64,000 bases of DNA. It comes from Opitutales bacterium (GTDB lineage: Bacteria > Verrucomicrobiota > Verrucomicrobiia > Opitutales > JABSRG01). Made by a program: the position numbers and the translations under genes. Numbering within the stretch: the stretch's first letter is position 1; every line of letters begins with the position of its first letter. Shown one piece after another: positions 59,188 through 64,000 of the stretch. Below the pieces are notes generated by a model. It did no database searches. It saw nothing but the letters and a program-made list of their open reading frames with translations, and was not told the origin of the DNA. Location of the stretch: positions 32,001 to 96,000 of the forward strand of contig JBMYOQ010000004.1 of assembly GCA_049599475.1 (NCBI GenBank). Reading direction: 5' to 3'.

Positions 59188-59311
59188 GGCAAACCAGATA
59201 GAAACGCCCCGAATTGGCTAAAATTCAACGCTAAATCGCTGATCGTTACGGTATTCATTTAGGTCGAAAAAAGCCCTCGACCTCTAGGAGAAGTGTTTGA
59301 AGATACCCAGC

Positions 59312-60379
59312 ATGGATTTAAAGCGGACACCTCTCTATGCATTACACAAGGAACGTGGGGGACGCATGGTCCCGTTTGCCGGTTGGGAAATGCCGGTCCA
59401 ATATACGAGTATTTTGGAAGAACACAGCCGTGTCCGTTCAGAGGTAGGCCTATTCGATGTTAGTCACATGGGGCAATTTCACCTTACGGGTGAGGAATCT
59501 GCGGCCTTTCTAGACTACACGTGCAGCGCGAATATGAGTTCTGCCGAGATTGGTCAGGCAAAATACGCGATTCTTTGCAACGATGAGGGCGGGGCGGTTG
59601 ATGATTTGATCGTCTATCGCTTGGCCGAAGCGGAGTGGCTGTTGATCGTAAACGCTTCGAACATTGATAAAGATTTCGAGTGGCTGAGCAGCTTTGTCTC
59701 AAGGTATCGTGTGGAGCTCAAAAATGTCTCGGAAGACTGGGCTCTTGTGGCGGTTCAAGGCCCTAAGGCGATCGCGGCACTCGAAAAAGCAGGGTATTCG
59801 GTGCCTGAAAAGCGCTTCTTTCATGAGGAATGTGTTTGGGAGGGACACACCATACGCGTGTGTCGTACTGGATACACCGGAGAAGATGGAGTCGAATGTC
59901 TGGTGGCGGCGGATTCTGCGGAGACCTTTGCGAAAGTCTTCGAGGAATGTTTTGGGACGGGGGCCTGGTGCGGTCTGGGTGCCAGAGATTCTTTGCGCCT
60001 TGAAGCAGGATTACCTCTTTACGGCCACGAGCTGACTGATGAACTCGGTCCTCTCGAAGCGCGCATGAAGTGGGCTGTTGACTTCGGTAAGCCCGATTTT
60101 GCCGGAAAATCGGCGATGGAGGCGCGATTGGCGTCGACTGAGCGAAGAATCGTCCGTCTGTTCACGATGCAAGATCGTCGCATTGCGCGAGCCGGTACTT
60201 CGGTGGTCGATGCTTCGGGGAATACGATTGGCGAAGTGCTTTCTGGCTCAATGTCGCCCGGTTTACAGCTCGGAATTGGTTCAGCGATCGTGCCCTTTGG
60301 CTGGAAAGGGGAGGCTTTCGTCGCAGTGCGCGGGAAGTCTTTACCGATCTCTTGGAAGAAGTCCCTGATCGCGAGTTAG
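59312..60379 (+). CDS. gcvT: Glycine cleavage system aminomethyltransferase T
   Basis: FAGWEMPVQY, FDVSHMG, RTGYTGEDG, GLGARDSLRLEAG. Confidence 0.96.
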   Translation: MDLKRTPLYALHKERGGRMVPFAGWEMPVQYTSILEEHSRVRSEVGLFDVSHMGQFHLTGEESAAFLDYTCSANMSSAEIGQAKYAILCNDEGGAVDDLIVYRLAEAEWLLIVNASNIDKDFEWLSSFVSRYRVELKNVSEDWALVAVQGPKAIAALEKAGYSVPEKRFFHEECVWEGHTIRVCRTGYTGEDGVECLVAADSAETFAKVFEECFGTGAWCGLGARDSLRLEAGLPLYGHELTDELGPLEARMKWAVDFGKPDFAGKSAMEARLASTERRIVRLFTMQDRRIARAGTSVVDASGNTIGEVLSGSMSPGLQLGIGSAIVPFGWKGEAFVAVRGKSLPISWKKSLIAS

Positions 60380-60433
60380 GCGTCCCTCTGGACCTTTGAA
60401 AATTCCGATGGCTGCCGATTCTGGAAACAGAAT

Positions 60434-60449
60434 TGGTCATTCCGTTGCG
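60434..60449 (+). promoter_or_regulatory. Possible sigma54 promoter upstream of cheV
   Basis: TGGTCATTCCGTTGCG has GG-N10-GC spacing with TTGC but a weaker -24 element. Confidence 0.35.
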
Positions 60450-60562
60450 TATTCTGCGGAAAATCGTTATCTCGAGCCCAATAATTGAAGGCAAGGGCTC
60501 AAGAATCGGGTTGGCTCAGCGATCTCTGTAGGGAGCCCTTTTTTAATAACTTATATATCGTT

Positions 60563-61549
60563 ATGCTTGCTGCCGCCAAAAACGAAAATCAAGGAATCCT
60601 TCTCACCTCTGGAACAAATGAAGTAGAGTTCATCGAGTTCTACATCGGCGAGGAGTGCTATGGGATAAATGTCTCGAAGGTTCAGCGAGTAATCGCACGC
60701 AAGAGTATCAAGATTACTCCGGCGGTCAAAGCGCCTGAGGGCGTGCTCGGCACGATCTACATTCAGGATCAAGCTGTCATGCTTCTCGATTTACGGACTT
60801 CGCTCAATTTAAAAGGCGAGGCCTCGGACCCCGAGCGCCAACTGATCCTGGTGACAAGCTTTAATCAGACAGTGACGGCGTTCATGATCGACAGCGTAAA
60901 CAAGATCCACCGAACCGCATGGACTGAGTTTGACGCGGTGCAGAACGATTTCGGAGGGGAAGCAGGTTATTCTACCGGCACGGTTCGCCTGGAAGATCGA
61001 GTCGTAACCATTCTAGACCTCGAGCGCTTGCTTTTGGATTATCAGCCACAACGTGATGAGAATCAGGCGATATCTCACCCAGAGAGGACCCAAGAACGCG
61101 GGCGGGTTAAAATCATTTATGCGGAAGATTCGAAAATGATCCGCAATGTTACCACGAAAACGCTCGCGAAGGCTGGGTATGGCCAAGTCGTATCATTCGA
61201 CAATGGTCGTGATTGCCTCGATTACCTAGAGCATGCGTGGGAAGAATGTGATACCTCAGGAGATTCATTTAAGGACTTTGCTGATATTATTCTGACTGAC
61301 ATCGAAATGCCTAAAATGGACGGTCTTACTTTGTGTAAGCAGATAAAGGAGAATCCTCATTGTCGCGGTAAGACCCCGGTGGTCGTCTATTCGTCTTTGA
61401 TTAGTAAGGAAATGGCGTCGAAATGTGAACTTGTTGGCGCTGACAAGTGGATCGCGAAGCCTCGAGGTGATGAAATTATCGGAGTCATCGACGAGTTGGT
61501 GCTTAAGGTCGCAGACCACGGTAAGGGCCATAAGATCGTCTCGGGCTAA
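60563..61549 (+). CDS. cheV: Chemotaxis protein CheV (CheW + receiver domain)
   Basis: ILLTSGTNEVE, YGINVSKV, ILDLE, AEDS, TDIEMPKMDG. Confidence 0.92.
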   Translation: MLAAAKNENQGILLTSGTNEVEFIEFYIGEECYGINVSKVQRVIARKSIKITPAVKAPEGVLGTIYIQDQAVMLLDLRTSLNLKGEASDPERQLILVTSFNQTVTAFMIDSVNKIHRTAWTEFDAVQNDFGGEAGYSTGTVRLEDRVVTILDLERLLLDYQPQRDENQAISHPERTQERGRVKIIYAEDSKMIRNVTTKTLAKAGYGQVVSFDNGRDCLDYLEHAWEECDTSGDSFKDFADIILTDIEMPKMDGLTLCKQIKENPHCRGKTPVVVYSSLISKEMASKCELVGADKWIAKPRGDEIIGVIDELVLKVADHGKGHKIVSG

Positions 61550-62223
61550 AAGCCGCGATCGATTACGGTCTTCTTCGTTGCTAGATCCATCTTATGGACC
61601 TTCACTGTTGCGGGGCAATGGTCAAGCTGTGTCATTATATGGAAGCTGGAAAGGCTACCGAACGACCACAGAAATAGCCGAAAAATTCTCCTTTATTTCC
61701 GAGAATCTTATCTCTGCGAGCCTTGAGTTATAGGTCTTCTTCAAAGCATCCAGCTTGTGCCACTCGGTGCTAGTTTGTTTACCAACACTATGTAGCTAAA
61801 TGGAATCGGTGGTATAAAACCTAACCATCGCAACGCCACTACGCTCTAGCGCCAACACTTCAGTCTGCTTGAAAATTTGAGAGCATGCGAGTGAGGTGAT
61901 AGCAGTTTGTTACCCGCTTTAGGTCTTCCTAGATAAAGTGAACATTCGTTTAAATTGAACGTAACCTCGAAAGCTCAAAACCTGCGCACCGCGACAAAAA
62001 TCCTCTAACCAGTGCCTCGTCTGATTGAAAAATGTGTCGGCTTCAGTTTTGGGAGAGTGGAGCGCTCGGAACATTAACCATCATTCCTCAAAGGTTCGTG
62101 CTTCTCGAGTCTATAAGAATATTGTTTTAATGTATTGGGTCTGTTTATTTAGAAAATGTCAGGAAAATTAAGGGTTTTGTAAAGTCGTTGTGAAAAGGCT
62201 TGCTAAAGCGCCGTGTAACAAGC

Positions 62224-62424
62224 ATGGAACGGCCTTATATGAAAATGTTTGCCGCTCTAATATCGTCGTTTCTTGTATTTACGCCAACGTGTCTCACTGC
62301 AAGTGAGCCCTCGAATGGGACTTTGATCATGTTGGGATCTTTGAGTGGTTGGATGGTTCTCTCCACAGCTTTTGTCCTCAAAAAGAAGTCTGCTCTTCAG
62401 GTTGGCAAGGGAGAGAAACAGTAA
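62224..62424 (+). CDS. Possible small membrane protein (signal-like segment, EPS, TM helix, KKK)
   Basis: Two hydrophobic stretches; ends 22 bp before the next gene; start uncertain (62200, 62224 or 62239). Confidence 0.4.
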   Translation: MERPYMKMFAALISSFLVFTPTCLTASEPSNGTLIMLGSLSGWMVLSTAFVLKKKSALQVGKGEKQ

Positions 62425-62446
62425 TTCATATCTGAAAGGATTCTAG

Positions 62447-64000
62447 ATGTACATTTTAGGTAGTGGACTCTCCTGGTCTAGAGGTTATGTCCATGGGACT
62501 CTTTTGATTCTTTGTTCTCTGGTTAATGCATCTGAAGCGGGTGTCGGATTACCGTATGAGAACGATTTCGAAAATTCCGATGGGGTTGGGATCGGACTAG
62601 TCTCCGAACTATTGAATTGGTCGAAGACCGAAGGGCTTTCTGTTTCCGCAACTGACGACGCTGCATCCGGAGTTCAGGCGCTTGAACTATCATATGGTGG
62701 TGACTTTGGGCTCGAAATTCTGCCCTATCCCGAGCTAGATACTGTAGGCTGGGTCGATTTTTACCTTAAGCCCTCTGTAATAAATCAAGATGAGTTCCCC
62801 TCTTGGATTCCTCCCTATAAATCGGCGGTTACAGGCTTTGGTGAAATGGAAGGCCAGGGTGAGGTTTATGCTATCGACGGCGATGGGTTTGGAAGCGGGA
62901 AATGGCTCCCGTCTGGGGCATCCTTTGACATAGAGAGTAAGCAGGCAAAAGAATGGATGCGGTTGACCTACAGGCTCGATTTCGCGAGGAAGTCTTGGGA
63001 TCTGTTTGTTGATGGTCAGTTTATTTACGCAGGTCTTGGGTTTCTAGACGATACAGTAAGCTCATTGGGGAGTTTTACGTTAAGATCTGGGATCGAAGAT
63101 TCTACGAATTTTGATTTCTTCTATGCTGGATTCGAAAACCCAATATATCTGGATAGTTCAAACGATGGATTACCAGACGCCTGGCTTGAGGCCCAGGGAT
63201 TGAGCGTTTCTGAAAGTCAACGTTATAGCGATTTAGATTTCGATGGTTTGGATGCTGCAGCGGAATATATAAATCAAACATTTGTCCATAATCCGGACTC
63301 TGATGGAGATGGTGTCTCCGATGGAATGGAGGTTTCTTACAATAACGACCCATCCGTTGCTGATAGTTATATTTTAGGTGTCTTACCGTTTAGTGAAGAT
63401 TTTGAGTCTTATTTTGAGGGGAGTTTTTTCGATACGGAGAACTGGATTGTTACAGGGGGCGCCAATGTCTCTTCCAAATCACATTCTGGATCTCTCGCTC
63501 TCGATGTTGAACCGATTTCCTCCGTCAAGAGTTGGATTGCGGGATCTTCTTATGGAATCGTTTGGGTTGATGTCTGGATCGAAAATCAAAGTGAATTACA
63601 GCCATCCGTATCGTTAGATCAAAGTGTCGTTTACAGCTTTGACTTGGAGAATCGCCTGAGGGTTCGGGCTTCAAATAATCAATGGACCCAGGCTGATGTC
63701 TCGTCCCGGGTAGGATGGCGACGATACACCGTAAAGAATGACTACTCTTTGCAGTCGTCTGATATATACGTTGATGGCCTAAGGGTTCTGAGAGAAATCC
63801 CGTTTTCGGCTCCCTCTCCATTTTTGAATCAAGTTGAATTTCTAGGGCCGATAGCAATTGATGAATACTCTGTTCTGGGGACCAAGCCGGTAGGTTTGGA
63901 TGACGACGCTGATGGCTTGGACAATGAATCCGAAATTTTACAGGGCACAGATCCGGAACTGTTCGATTCGGATAATGATGGAATGGGTGATCTGTCTGAA
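62447..64000 (+). CDS. Large secreted repeat protein (beta-sandwich-like modules alternating with DxDxDG Ca-binding repeats), 3'-truncated, absent from the ORF track
   Basis: Manual translation from ATG 62447 stays open for 518 codons to the window end; LPYENDFE/LPFSEDFE modules; DSDGDGVSDG and DSDNDGMGD repeats. Confidence 0.85.
   Translation, partial: MYILGSGLSWSRGYVHGTLLILCSLVNASEAGVGLPYENDFENSDGVGIGLVSELLNWSKTEGLSVSATDDAASGVQALELSYGGDFGLEILPYPELDTVGWVDFYLKPSVINQDEFPSWIPPYKSAVTGFGEMEGQGEVYAIDGDGFGSGKWLPSGASFDIESKQAKEWMRLTYRLDFARKSWDLFVDGQFIYAGLGFLDDTVSSLGSFTLRSGIEDSTNFDFFYAGFENPIYLDSSNDGLPDAWLEAQGLSVSESQRYSDLDFDGLDAAAEYINQTFVHNPDSDGDGVSDGMEVSYNNDPSVADSYILGVLPFSEDFESYFEGSFFDTENWIVTGGANVSSKSHSGSLALDVEPISSVKSWIAGSSYGIVWVDVWIENQSELQPSVSLDQSVVYSFDLENRLRVRASNNQWTQADVSSRVGWRRYTVKNDYSLQSSDIYVDGLRVLREIPFSAPSPFLNQVEFLGPIAIDEYSVLGTKPVGLDDDADGLDNESEILQGTDPELFDSDNDGMGDLSE

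Noticed and set aside
59188..59311. Glycine riboswitch before gcvT
   Set aside because: Short divergent intergenic region with no recognisable aptamer motifs
61746..61762. TGGCAC on the minus strand as a sigma54 promoter
   Set aside because: GC is not at the required GG-N10-GC spacing, and no minus-strand gene follows
588..63857. Many short antisense or out-of-frame ORFs in the track (e.g. 12736-13266, 25308-25850, 56552-56995, 63102-63857)
   Set aside because: They lie inside well-supported genes and show no motifs; treated as shadow ORFs
1..64000. CRISPR arrays, tRNA/rRNA genes, transposases, integrases or prophage genes
   Set aside because: No regularly spaced repeats, cloverleaf signatures or mobile-element motifs were recognised by eye

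Overview
Bacterial chromosomal window of roughly 50% GC. Gene style (ECF/FecR pair, DUF1080 and sulfatase cluster, DUF3450-TonB operon, lineage-typical hypotheticals) suggests a marine Verrucomicrobiota (Opitutales-like) genome; this is an inference. Bases 1-14.5 kb form a sulfated-polysaccharide utilization locus: a truncated lambda-carrageenase-like gene, two S1 sulfatases, a DUF1080/Tat-Gfo-Idh-MocA/DUF1080 cassette, a secreted nucleoside-hydrolase-like domain fused to two CBM6 modules, an ECF sigma factor with a frameshifted FecR anti-sigma, and a vWA-like membrane protein. The rest is mostly core genome: fmt, dgt, LOG, tyrS, serS, tilS, ftsH, a TonB2-type operon, a sigma54 response regulator, a phytoene/squalene synthase, a CLC transporter, an alpha-2-macroglobulin-like gene, glnD, yhbY, alaS, gcvT and cheV. 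It also holds an uncharacterised four-gene orphan-ParA operon behind a near-consensus sigma54 promoter, and a secreted repeat protein that runs off the right edge and is missing from the ORF track. I recognised no tRNA, rRNA, CRISPR array or transposase. All family calls come from motif reading and recall, not database searches.
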